A program made the translations under genes and the position numbers. The notes beneath the pieces were generated by a model. It was not told the DNA's origin and did no database searches. It saw only the letters and a program-made list of their open reading frames with translations. This document shows, in pieces, positions 53,201 to 64,000 of a stretch of 64,000 bases of DNA (its first letter is position 1; each line of letters starts with the position of its first letter). The stretch comes from Azolla caroliniana. Its lineage: Eukaryota > Plantae > Polypodiophyta. The stretch lies in the NCBI GenBank assembly GCA_043228905.1, contig JBHGNT010000004.1, forward strand, positions 2,666,001-2,730,000, read 5' to 3'.

Positions 53201-53206
53201 GAATAG
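50203..53206 (+). pseudogene. Additional sense ORF downstream of integrase (plant-mobile-domain-like N-terminus, coiled coil, poly-Q end)
   Basis: Track ORFs 50203, 50683, 51351, 51642, 51977 and 52388 form one decayed frame series. Motifs IRALTGLPKGG and KVDWPVLI..GL, a long E/K/Q/L heptad-rich segment, and a CAA/CAG run. Stop at 53204-53206. Confidence 0.7.
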
Positions 53207-54052
53207 CAAGGGTCGGATGGTGGATTCGACGTACAAGGTACTGTCCCACGGGCGTGCCATGTGTTACCGGCCGGCAAAGGAGTCCAGAGTGTGAAACGAA
53301 GGAGTTATTTAATTATTAGGAATGATTGTAAGTAAGCTATTAGTGTGAACGGACGAACCGGAATCGGTATGCCGTTCCGGATCCGGACCGATCCCGAACA
53401 GGTGCGGATGGCACCGTTTTGTACTACAAACCGGAAACCTATTTAAAGGTCCGGATACAATGTAATGAGCAGCGGATAATTAATGAAGCTTAGTGTTTTT
53501 ATCTCTCTGTGTTAATTGCCGTTCTGCATTCATTGTTATATCTTACGCGTGTGATTATTAAGGACGATCTTGCTAAGTAACCTAATTAAGTCAGATTAAT
53601 CGTTGAGCCTAATCATCTTGCCGTAACACCCCTTTGGTGAAGTGTCTTCCATAGACACCCTGTGTTAGGCCATTGTCCGGCCCTAAGAGTTGACATCTTC
53701 GCCAACCGGCGGTTACAACAGAGTATTTCTCTGTATCTCACACTCTCTCTCTGTCGCTCTCTCTCTGTACAATAGTTATAACGATATGAACAACTACAAC
53801 ATACAACTCTCTCTTTTTCCGAAAGTGATTGCCCTAAGTCATATTTATACTTATATGAACTTAGGGCTATTTACAAATGTAGCCTCAATAGGCTTACTCA
53901 AGACATATTTACAAATGTAGCCTCAATAGGCTTACTCAAGACATATTTACAAATCTATCTTCTCTTCCGGTTCTCACCGGGTCCATCCGATCCAGTTTCT
54001 GGATCTCTTCATTCACAGTCAGATCCCATCCGGAGGGATCGATTTCCCAACA

Positions 54053-54865
54053 GTTTTCTCAATGACATTATGTGTTGAATATGATGTACAAGTTCGGCAT
54101 GAAGGATTGCCGACCGATCTCGATACCCCTGGATCGGAACTTGAAGCTTAGTCCCGACTCCGGACCGGCCTACGATGAGAAACGGTTCCGACAAATTATT
54201 GGAAGCATCATTTATTTAACAATCACTCGACCTGACATCAGTTATCCGGTCGGCGTGATCAGTCAATTCATGCAGAAGCCAACCATGGAGCACCTTCAGT
54301 GCGCGCACCGAATACTGAGGTATGCCAACGGCACTAAGGACCGAGGATTGTTATACCGACGTGGTATAACCGAAAAGTTGCACGGTTATACAGATGTCGA
54401 CTAGACCGGAGATGCGTCGGATCGAGCACTTCCGGATTCATGTTCTCTATTGGTAGCGCGGGTGATGCGTGGAGCAAGAAAAAGCAGCCAAGTGTGGCTT
54501 TGTCAAGCACTAAGGCTAAATATCGGGGCGCTATCATTGCCACCTGTAAAGCCAGTTGCCTTCGACGGCTGTTGCAAGACCTACGGATCGAAGTATCAAC
54601 TCTAATTTCCCAATCCACTGTGACAACATGAGAAGCATGTAGCTAGCCAAGTTCCCTGTGTTCCACGCTCGGACAAAGCACATAGAAGTGCATTATCACT
54701 TTGTGCGCGAGCAGGGCCTCAACGGTGAAGTAGAACTCCAGTATGTCTAGATGGATCGATAGGTTGCCGACATCTTCACGAAGGCCCTTGGAACCGATAA
54801 GTTGCAACATTTTTCGGAGATGCTTGGACTTCAACATCTTGACATGCCACACTTGAGGGGGAGAA
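54053..54865 (+). pseudogene. Copia RT C-terminus and RNase H (3' part of the element starting at 36549)
   Basis: Motifs IGSIIYLTITRPDISYPVGVISQFMQ, GYTD.D, WSKKKQPSVALSST.A.Y, HARTKHIEVHYHFVRE and ADIFTKAL. Purine tract TTGAGGGGGAG at ~54853. Confidence 0.9.
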
Positions 54866-55364
54866 CTGGGATTGATATAGGGAGAACCGGAATGGAAACT
54901 GGGAAGTTGAGTCGACTGAAGAAGTCGGAACATCCGATAAAGTTAGAACAAACGGCGACGTAAGTAGAGTTAAGAAGGATAGAGCCGACTGTAACGAAAA
55001 GGCCAAGACCCAGACGTGGTCTGATGTGGTGAAGGGCCTAAAGACATATGATGAATTGGAGACAGCCAATTCAGACAAGAGTTGGAACGAATCGGAGGTA
55101 GCCGATTCTGAAGAGGAGTTCAATTGGGAGGATCCGAATCAACAAAAGGCCAAACGGACGAGGATGCAACGGAAGTCGACACCGACACGGAGTCACAACA
55201 ATGAAGGAGTTGAGAAGTTCCTTTTAAGCAGTCAAGCCGATCGAGAAGGTCGAGGAAAGCAGAACCAGACCGGACGAGGAGCGCAAGCTAGGCAGGAGGA
55301 CGCCAGGTGGAGCCGGAGGAGAGGACCAACTACCACAAACGCAATCTTAGAGTTTAGCTACTAA

Positions 55365-55959
55365 TGTAAGTGCATGATAAGGATAAAAGATAGATAAATA
55401 AGAAAGGAGAGAGGGAAAGAAGGGTGTTGATCCACCCGACCACCCCGGGCGAAGGGATCAAGAGGGACTCGAGCCTCGATCAGCATCCCATACCACTGTT
55501 GTGGACTCGAGTCGTACTTGGTCCTGGCGCGCTCGCTACAAGAGTTGACCCACCACAATATTAGAGTTTCGATGTAGTTGATAATGTGTCAAATGAGGGT
55601 GTTACGAACACATCGAGCGCGGACTAGGACGGAGCACATATGATGGGGCTACGAGCAATAGATGAACTTGGAGCTAGATGCGACGAGGCTAGGAACTCTA
55701 GATGTTGTGAGTGACATGAGGGCATGAAGACAAAAATAATAATCAAGGAAACAAAGATGAGGCGAAACGAGAATACTAGATTGATGTGTCAATGACTGGT
55801 GTTGAATCCCTTGAAAGGGACCAAGAAGGTTACAAGTATTTATACTATAAGTTGAAGTACATGCATTAGAATATTTCGAAGAATATTCTAGAACCTTGGA
55901 ACTTTCTAGAACTTTGTAGATGTCTAGAGAGTATACCTAGATCATGTACATCTTATACA
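55365..55959 (-). mobile_element. Probable solo LTR or LTR remnant with heat-shock elements
   Basis: TG...CA-bounded stretch. TATAAATA on the minus strand at ~55838. GAAnnTTCnnGAA at 55881 and 55899. No TSD found. Confidence 0.4.
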
Positions 55960-56233
55960 ATGATATGTAGATCAAATATATTTTATACAATGCTCATATG
56001 AAGATGGTTGAGCATGATGTATTGTTCATGTGAGGTTGTGAGTTCAATCCTCACCCATTATATATTTTATGTCATTGTATTGTGACAGAGGGTAGCTAGG
56101 CCTCATATTTATAGCTAAACCTAAGGCCCCAGGCAAGTTCACAGTTGGCCTAATGGGTTGTCTCAATCCCAAGGATTAAAAGTAATCCTCCCCTTCTTTG
56201 CACTCTCGTTTAACCCTCACACTTTATCCACAT

Positions 56234-56492
56234 TGTGAAGATTTTCGGCAACAATCTGAAAATCGTATGGAACGAGGGAAATCGACAAGGTGCAATGTGC
56301 ACATGTATGAAAGGAGTGATGGTTAAACGCGTTGTTGCGGTATTCCGCGAGTGTGTGTTGAAAGGGGCGGGACCACGGGGGTCTCGGACGAGGAAGTGAT
56401 GGGTGTCGAGAAGCCGACTTCTCTCCAGTCCCGGCTGCACTGGTTGTGGCGCAAGCCGGAGTGATTCCGGATGCGTACCGGCGGCTACCGAA

Positions 56493-56537
<45 letters not shown>

Positions 56538-58163
56538 ACGCGCGCATCACCGACTCAACACACGCCTCTTATGTACAAGAAACGAAGGGAAATAAACACA
56601 CCCGATACCAACAGAGACACAAATATGCACAACCTTTTATATATATAATTACAAGAGAAAGATACAACCCCGGCTTCGAGCAGGACCAAGGTAGGGTAGG
56701 TTACAACAATAGTCTACTGCCAAGCCGCTGATTGGGGAGCTCTCGGGCTCGTCGCGCCGAGCAAGGTCTTGCATAAGAGACCGAGCAAAAGCAAACCCTA
56801 AACATACACGAACTCTCGACCCATGCCACAACGAAGAAGAAGAAAGAAAGAAACTCCCAAAAGGAAACCCTAGAACGAAGCAAGAACAAGAGAAATTGCC
56901 TAACCCTAACTCTAACGGTATACCCTCCTAACTCGAAATGGGCAACTCCTCAACAAGGGACCTCTCCTTTTATAGACCAAGGAGGGGAGGGCGTTACAAT
57001 GTGGGACAAATACTCCCCTTTATTCTATACGTTGTTTCCTACTATACATGTGCACACGTCGCACACCACTGACTTGGCCTATTCCACCCGGGTTTCACAC
57101 TATAGCCAGAAATCTTCACGACATCCACCCCCACCAAACCGCACATCCACCAGTATGTGCCAAGAGGGAAAAAGGGTGAGAGATTTCGGCTGTCTTGTCT
57201 TATTGGCACCCGGCTGTCTTGTCGATCCGTCTTGCCGACTCCTTATTGGCCCATGCTTGCCTTTGTAGGTGTTGCCCATGTGCCGTCGTCGTTCCCTAAA
57301 TGCGCGTTCATTCTTCGGGCCTTAGGTGACCCCAATATGCGCTCCTTATTCCTTCTATGGTCGCCATGCCGTGTGGCATCTTCCGCAAGTAAGGGTTTGA
57401 ACCTTACACCTATAAAATAGGAGGCAATTGACATACCATTAGACTAGGTTATTTCCTTTAAAATTTGTTTTCTTCATTGTACTTTTCACACGAACGGTTG
57501 GTACATGAGAGCTTGGATGAGGTACATGGTCATCATGCACCGCATGTGATGCATGAGGGCCAAATGGCAATCATGCATTGCATGCATTTCAAGCATTGTA
57601 TGCATGTACTACACCCTCACATGCACATATGCATGGGGGCATCTATATAAGGAGAGGAAGGGAAAGAAATCAAGCAATGTATGCAATCAATAGTAATTAA
57701 TAAATCTTAGTTATCTCATTGGCAATGTGTCTTGTATCTCAACTTTGAAGTCAAAAGTTCAAACCGAGAATTCGTCCCGTCCATATCTATCTATCAATCT
57801 ATCTTTAATACTTCTCGCATGCGATAGTCCTTCCGCCATTCCATTGTCTTCAACGATCCTTTCGATCCTCCATCACCACTTGCAGATAGAGGCCGGTGGT
57901 TGTCTGCGCACGTGTAACGCGCACATCGCAACGTTTGGCACATCTGTCACGTGCTTCACGACATCTTTGTGGTGCGGTAAATATTCTCTCCCTCTCACTC
58001 TCTCAGTCAACCCACACAAGCATCTTTGATAACAAGAACGACCCGATTGTAAACCTAAACAACAGTTGATTCCTTATAAGCACAAGTCACTCGATCCATC
58101 CTCCTTGGTCAAAGACCCCGGTGGTCCCGTTCAACCGACCCGTAGGCGCGGATTTCCGTGACA
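56234..58163 (+). mobile_element. Solo LTR (Trp group) containing a nested truncated element
   Basis: TGTGAAGATTTTC...GACCCCGGTGGTCCCG...CGTGACA. 4-bp TSD ACAT/ACAT. Inserted in the LTR of the chromovirus at 58226. Confidence 0.75.
56333..57375 (-). mobile_element. Truncated Trp-group element (3' LTR 56333-57123 plus internal 3' end)
   Basis: LTR related to 30007/45325. The adjacent internal sequence reads WHILVDVRFGGGG with the same PPT. Outer flank is GCGT. Confidence 0.85.
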
Positions 58164-58225
58164 ACATGTATAGAATAGTACGATAAATTCTCACCACGGG
58201 ATATTATATGCTCATGCCCGCAACA

Positions 58226-58780
58226 TACTCCCCCTCTTTAAAACATTGCACTCTTGGAATGGAAAGTTAGTTCTAAGAGTATTTTGAAGTTCCCATGGGG
58301 CATCTTTTATAGACTTATCCATCCATTTAATTTTAAAATTTTAGAACGCAATTTTTTTGGTTTAACATCGAGAATTATTTCTGGTACATGTGGTTTAGAA
58401 GATAATTCTTCAGAAGTAACCAAAGTTTCAATTGTCACTGTATTGTCACCAGAAGCAAGAAGTTCTTTTAGATGACTTACATGAAAAACTGGATGGATTT
58501 CAACGCTATCAGTAAGAGCGAGACGATAGGCCGATGAACCAATGTGTTTGAGGACTATAAAAGTTCCACAAAACCATGGGGCTAACTTAGCACACTTACC
58601 CGTAGACAATGTCTTAGAATTGTGAGGTACACATAAAAATACTTTCTGTCCAGGGTTGAATACACGAGGTTGCCTATTATGATAAGCATAAAAATGTGCT
58701 CTATCTTGAGATGTTTTTATATTATCTCATGCAATATGCAACATATCTTACATATCCCGTAGAAAGTTTTGCGTAGGTCA
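58226..58780 (-). pseudogene. Chromovirus integrase C-terminus and chromodomain, followed by PPT and 3' LTR
   Basis: Motifs KLAPWFCGTF, AYRLAL, IHPVFHVSHLK, PEIILD and KW......DA.WE. PPT AAGAGGGGGAGTA, then LTR TGTTGCGGG from 58225 leftwards. Confidence 0.82.
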
Positions 58781-58862
58781 TGATATAGCATGGTATGGCT
58801 TCAAAAAGATCTGAACCCATGACTTTGTGTCACATATGTTGAAGCCCTACCATTAAGCTATA

Positions 58863-59084
58863 TATCGTAATACGAGAAATATCATTTTCGTTTATTATTT
58901 CACTTAGGAAATCCATGTATATTCTAGATTTCTCTGGAACATTCTAGAAATGTCAAGAATACTCCTAAGCACGCTATAAAAAGAGGCACATGACATTATT
59001 TAGAACCAATTCGGTTCAACGCCAGTCTTAAGCCTCCTAGTTGTTCTTGTATCTTTCTCCTTATAATATATATCTTCTATTGTC

Positions 59085-59130
<46 letters not shown>
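58863..59130 (+). mobile_element. LTR fragment homologous to 23760-24155
   Basis: CGTAATACG start, GGAACATTCTAGAA, TATAAAAAG, GTCTTAAGCCTCCTAG and (CT)n. Confidence 0.6.
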
Positions 59131-59134
<4 letters not shown>

Positions 59135-59519
59135 GGTGAAAACACACAATTATATTTTAAATAAATGTGTGTTAAAAACACTACTTACAATGGGTGTGAC
59201 CATGAAGTATGGTCACCCACTAACTACACTACACTACATGGGTAATGGAACATGTTGAATTGCCAATAGGCAAGACGAACATTCCACCGAGGAAAGGATT
59301 TCCACTTGCTCCAATAAAGAAAATTTCCACATTAGTACTCCCTTCAACTTTCGTAGATATGCTTTTCCTCCATGTCTACCATCGAATACAAAAGTGTTGC
59401 GCATATTCCAATTATGACGCAATCCCCAATATCTCAAAAATAGAAAAACAATCTCTATCTCTGACTTTGGGTTCACCTGTGTAAATTGTGCAAACACCCA
59501 CTGTCTGACTTTGGGTCCA

Positions 59520-62500
59520 CCTATCGAATTAATAAGCGACCAAGGGGGGGCACTTTCTCGGCCAAGTAGTTGAAAGCCTGACGACATTCTATGCCGTTGT
59601 CCATAAACGGAGCACACCGTACTATCCACAAGCAAACGGGTTAGCTGAGTCGACGAACAAAACGGGTACTCATATTAGTTACCATTTTTCGTGTTAAGAC
59701 TCTTAATAGTAAGATTTACAATGATTAGGGCTTTGCATTAGGATTCAGGATTCTCTAGCCTCACATTAAGTTAGGGTTTGGTATTATTGTAATCACAAAT
59801 TACAATGGCTAGGGTGGTTTTACATAAGGATTCAAGATTCTCTGGTCTCACAATGGTTAGGGTTTTGAATTATTGTAATTGGTTGCGATCATGACTGCCA
59901 TCTCCTTGTAGTCGAAGGATTATATATACTAAAACCAAACTAATCACATGGTGCCTCCTTCCTTAATCATATGGTGCTCTGAATCAGTGGGAAGAAAGAA
60001 AAGAGGATGGGCCAAATCTTGGAACTGGCCCCTTACGAATGCAAAGCTATAGTATATATTCTTGTATGTCATGATATCCTCCCAGCTCAATCACAGTTTG
60101 CCCAAAGTTTAACCTAATTATCCCTTAAGACCAAGAGATCCTACACCAAACTACAAGAAAAACAAAGTCAAACAGGGACAAAATTAAAGACACAACATAC
60201 ATACAACACGGGAGAAGATTGCTCCACTCTTCAAATTAGTATGTATAGTACATGTAAGTTACAGAAGATCATGTCTGAGACTTCACCCAGCTCTTCGAAA
60301 AACATCAACCCTTCCTCTCCTCTCCATGCCTCAAGTTAATCTACCTGTACATATGCTCATGACGGGATGGAGGCAGCTCGCCGGTCAAATAGGCATTTCC
60401 CACTACATCTTAGATCTAGAGTTGTCCTCTATAAATCATGTGGCCCAATTGCCTAATTGGGAGAACCCACTACCTTCTACTTCACGCAAAGCACTCGTTA
60501 ATTGTTCTCGGCCAGGAAACCTCCTGTTGTCCTGCCTTGCCTTGTAGAGAAGAACATTTGGTTTTATTTGACTCCCCATTCCAAGATAACAATGAACTCC
60601 TTGGTTCTCTCATCTAAGACGAACACTGGGCAACCATCTATCTATCTTATATGTCCATTAGTAATCTTCCTACCTCTATCCCTGGGGTCACAACAATCCC
60701 TTTGATAAGAGAGACATGTTTGGAAGCAATGGACGGTAGCACACCACCTCCTCTCAGCCCGTACGTACCTCCTTCACAAGACCTACAAGGCAACATGCAG
60801 TCAACAAAATTGTGTAGAGAACCAAATCTCTCACGAACTACCGTAGCAGTAACGACACCCTGGGCGGACCAGAGGTCGAAGGATCAGACACCTTACCGAC
60901 ACCGGAACTGGAAGGGCTAAGGCTGGAACCTCCGGAACCAGAAGCAGAGGAAGAGCGACCTCCAACACCGGAAGTCGAGGAGGAGAGGCCTCCGTCACCA
61001 AAAGAAGAGGAAAGACCATCGACACCGGAGAAAAACCAGGAACGACCACCAACACCACCAGCCCGCGCACCGATACCGGACGACAACATGCCGTTCCAGT
61101 ACTCCAAGTATAGAGATGATCCGGATGCCGAAGCTCATGTTCACGCCTTTGAACAGACATGGGAATCAAACCATGTGTCCCAGTGATTGACCCCGGAGGA
61201 AGAGGAACGCTCTAAGATAGCGGAATTCGGCGTCACATTGGAGGGACCAGCAACAAGATGGCGCCGGACGCAAGACCTGTCTACCATCACCACCTTCGCA
61301 TATTTAAAAGCTAAATTCTTGCATTTTTTCCAAAAGGAGGTGGACCAGACAGTAGTGGTGGGCTTGTTTTATACCATCCGACAAGAGGCAGGGGAGAGCA
61401 TTCCCCAGTTTGTCATCCAGTTTCAACAGATGCATAGCCAGCTTGCCCAAGCACCCCCGGAGGAGGAATTACGGACTATATTCCTAAATGCGCTCCGGGA
61501 ACCCCTACGCACGGTTTGCACGGTAATTGACTTCCGCGCAAGTACCATCGACCAGGTCATTGACCGGGTGAGAGAGATGGAAAAGACAAGCTCCTGGCTC
61601 ACACTAGGAGCACTCCAACGGGCGTTACCATCCGATGAAGACCTCCGGTTTCGGCAAGCGATACAGTGCACAATTTGCTTGAATTCCGGACACTCGGCAC
61701 TAGAATGCACTATGAGGACGCAATGTGTAATCTGTCAATCCAAGGGCCATATGACGGATAGGTGCGAGTATAATCTATTGAACCGGCAAGCACCGCCCGT
61801 CCGAAAAATAGAGCCACGCAACAGCCAGGATGAAGAAGAGGAATGTTGGCGGTGAATGGACCGCGACCGACCGGCACAGGATGTCTGGTATGGCGATCGA
61901 CGGGAAAATGATGTCTGGTACGGTGATCGGTGGGATAACCATGACTGGTATGATAGATATGATCGGTACCGGGATTACAATAGACGATACGAACATTACG
62001 ACCGGGAGCACTCCCCCGGGTAACGTCAGCAACGGGAGGAATATGGCAGATATAACGACCAACCTCGTCAAGAGTACCGCAATAAGAAGAACTATAACAA
62101 AAAACGACATTTCAAAAAAGGCAACCACCCACGGGATCCGGAACAAGGAGCTTCAAGCAGCCAACCGGCCCAAAACCCCGCGCTTACCACAGGACCTGCC
62201 CCGTATACAACAAACAATGCCGAATCCAGCAATACCCGGAAAGCCTACTGCTACTACTGCCGACAGGAAGGCCATTATAGTAATCAATGCCCGGTGAAGA
62301 GCTATGACAAACAACCGGCATTAAATATGGTAGTCCCTGAAGTGGCAGCTCTGCAGCAGGTGACCACAAGGTCGAAGGGCATGGCCAAGGAATGGGAGAC
62401 GCAGGAGAACATCCGGAAGCAAGCGACGGAATGGGTGAAGAAAGCAAACGAGCAAAACGTAACAGACTTACAGCGGCAAAAGGAGAACACCGTAGGGCTT

Positions 62501-64000
62501 GCCAGCGGCAGTCACTCGGAGAACAAGACATGGCAGGCGTTGCAAGAATGCCAGGAGAATCATCACCGGCACCGGTACTCTTCTCGAATCCGGAGGAGGG
62601 ACCAACGGTGGTGGACACCAACAATCCGGTAATCACTGCCATTGTAAAAGGGAAAGAACTCCTCGGCATAGTAATAGACGGAGGCTCTGGTGTGAATGTA
62701 ATAAGCCTCCGGACGTGTGATGCCCTGGGAATCCACGAGTGGGAGCCGTGTCCGTTCTGGTTATGGATGGCCGATACAAGCTCCGTGCGGCCGACAGGAT
62801 TAATACGAAAATTAGAAGTCACCGTTGGCGGTCATACATTTCACATCTCGGCAGTAGTGCTACAATTACAGACACAAGGCGCGTACCTGCTATTGCTGGG
62901 GCGGCCGTGGTTGAAAACGGCACATATCAAACATAATTGGAGGAAAAATATAATTACCTTCCGACGAGGAAAAGCCAAGGTATGTGTACCAACACAGCCA
63001 AGGACGAGCACTGGCAAGGAATGTACACCGTTGTATGCAGAGTGCGTCAACATGCTAGAAGGGTTAGCTGACGAAGAAGACGCTCAGTACTTGCAGGAAA
63101 ATCCGAAGATCGTACCCCTCTTCGAAATTGACATTGCCGAAGCAGTAGCACCATACTTACCACAGCCGGAAGAGACTGAAGTAGAACCGGATAAGGACGC
63201 AATCCGAGAGTTATGGCAAGCACAGGAAGCGTTGGAACGGGAAATGGTCGTTTCACAGCGCGTAAAAGCGTCGCAACTTGAAGAGGTGAACCTAGGGACC
63301 ACGAACGAAGCAAAACCGGTGCACATTGCCAAGGAGATGAAGTCCGAAGACAAAACGGAGATGATCACACTTCTCACGGAATTTCGCAACGTGTTTGCCT
63401 GGTCATACGAAGACATGCGAGGGCTCGACCCTCAGTTATACTAGCATCAGATTCACTTGAGCAAGGACGCAAAACCAGTGGCACAAAGACGGTACCGGAT
63501 GAATCCCAATTATGCCGCCAAAGTCGAGGAAATCGACAAACTGCTAAGAGTTGGCTTTATCCGTTCGGTAAAGAAAGCGACATGGCTGAGCCCGATCGTA
63601 GTCGTACCGAAGAAGAACGGAAAAATTCGAGTTTGTGTGGACTACCGGAAACTCAATGTGGCTACGGTAACGGATGCGTTTCCACTTCCGTTCACCGATG
63701 GATTGTTGGATGCCGTTGCCGGCCATGAGGTCTATAGCTTTCTAGACGGATTCAGCGGGTATAATCAGATCTGGATGCACCCCGACGACCAAGAGAAAAC
63801 TGCTTTCGTCACCGAATGGGGGGTGTTTGTGGCCGTGGTGATGATGTTCGGACTCAAAACGGCACCGGCAACATTCCAACGAATCATCATGGAAATCTTT
63901 GGTGAATATATCCTGGCTTTTATGCAGGTTTTCCTTGACGATTTCGCCATCTATAGCCGGGAAGAGGATCATTTGCAGCACCTCCGTCTTTGTCTAGAAA
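59520..64000 (+). repeat. Rearranged local segmental duplication of 44430-44573, 34923-36087 and 39407-43370
   Basis: 59520-59664 matches 44430-44573. 59666-60830 matches 34923-36087. 60832-64000 matches 39407-~43370 but lacks the 40089 solo LTR. Confidence 0.93.

Larger units (their letters stand above)
38643..53695 (+). mobile_element. Ty3/Gypsy non-chromovirus (Athila/Tat-like) element with extra 3' ORF
   Basis: LTRs 38643-39048 and 53262-53695. 5-bp TSD TCTTC. PBS TGGCGACCAC at 39056 (consistent with tRNA-Arg). Domain order gag-PR-RT-RH-INT. Confidence 0.95.
38411..54052 (-). mobile_element. Copia solo LTR related to the 17080 element, split by the Gypsy into 38411-38642 and 53696-54052
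   Basis: TGTGAGG...TTCCCAACA. Shares TGTTTACGTGGAAAACC, GGAGGCAACGACCTCG, GCCCTAAGTCATATTTATAC and CCCATCCGGAGGGA with 17080-17887. TSD GTTAT/GTTTT. The host RT reads DDILL|SQ.HYV across it. 38-bp tandem duplication at 53868-53955. Confidence 0.85.

Noticed and set aside
50203-53206. Retroviral envelope gene
   Set aside because: No signal peptide or clear transmembrane helix is visible; composition is coiled-coil-like.
38643-53695. This Gypsy as the autonomous partner of the gag-only elements
   Set aside because: Different PBS, different LTR termini, and a 5-bp rather than 4-bp TSD.

Overview
Repeat-dense plant nuclear DNA, probably from a non-seed plant such as a fern (inferred from a decayed PLS-class PPR gene and a Tcn1-like chromovirus fragment). 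I found no intact host gene. The window is a stack of nested retroelements: L1-type LINE 3' ends, an hAT MITE, an RT-less Copia (6314-10329), a Tork/Tnt1-like Copia with 54-bp U3 repeats (17080-22819), a second Copia split by a solo LTR, and an Athila/Tat-like Gypsy with a large extra 3' ORF (38643-53695). It also holds eight insertions of one tRNA-Trp-primed, pol-less LTR group: 2 complete gag-only elements, 5 solo LTRs and 1 truncated copy. Main observation: this group makes 4-bp target duplications centred on CpG (consensus NCGT followed by G/A), whereas the four other LTR insertions with both flanks intact make 5-bp, CpG-free duplications. This suggests a sequence- or methyl-CpG-selective integration system that targets other transposons. 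Second observation: 59520-64000 is a circularly permuted copy of 34923-44573, as expected from re-integration of an extrachromosomal circle. All alignments were done by eye.
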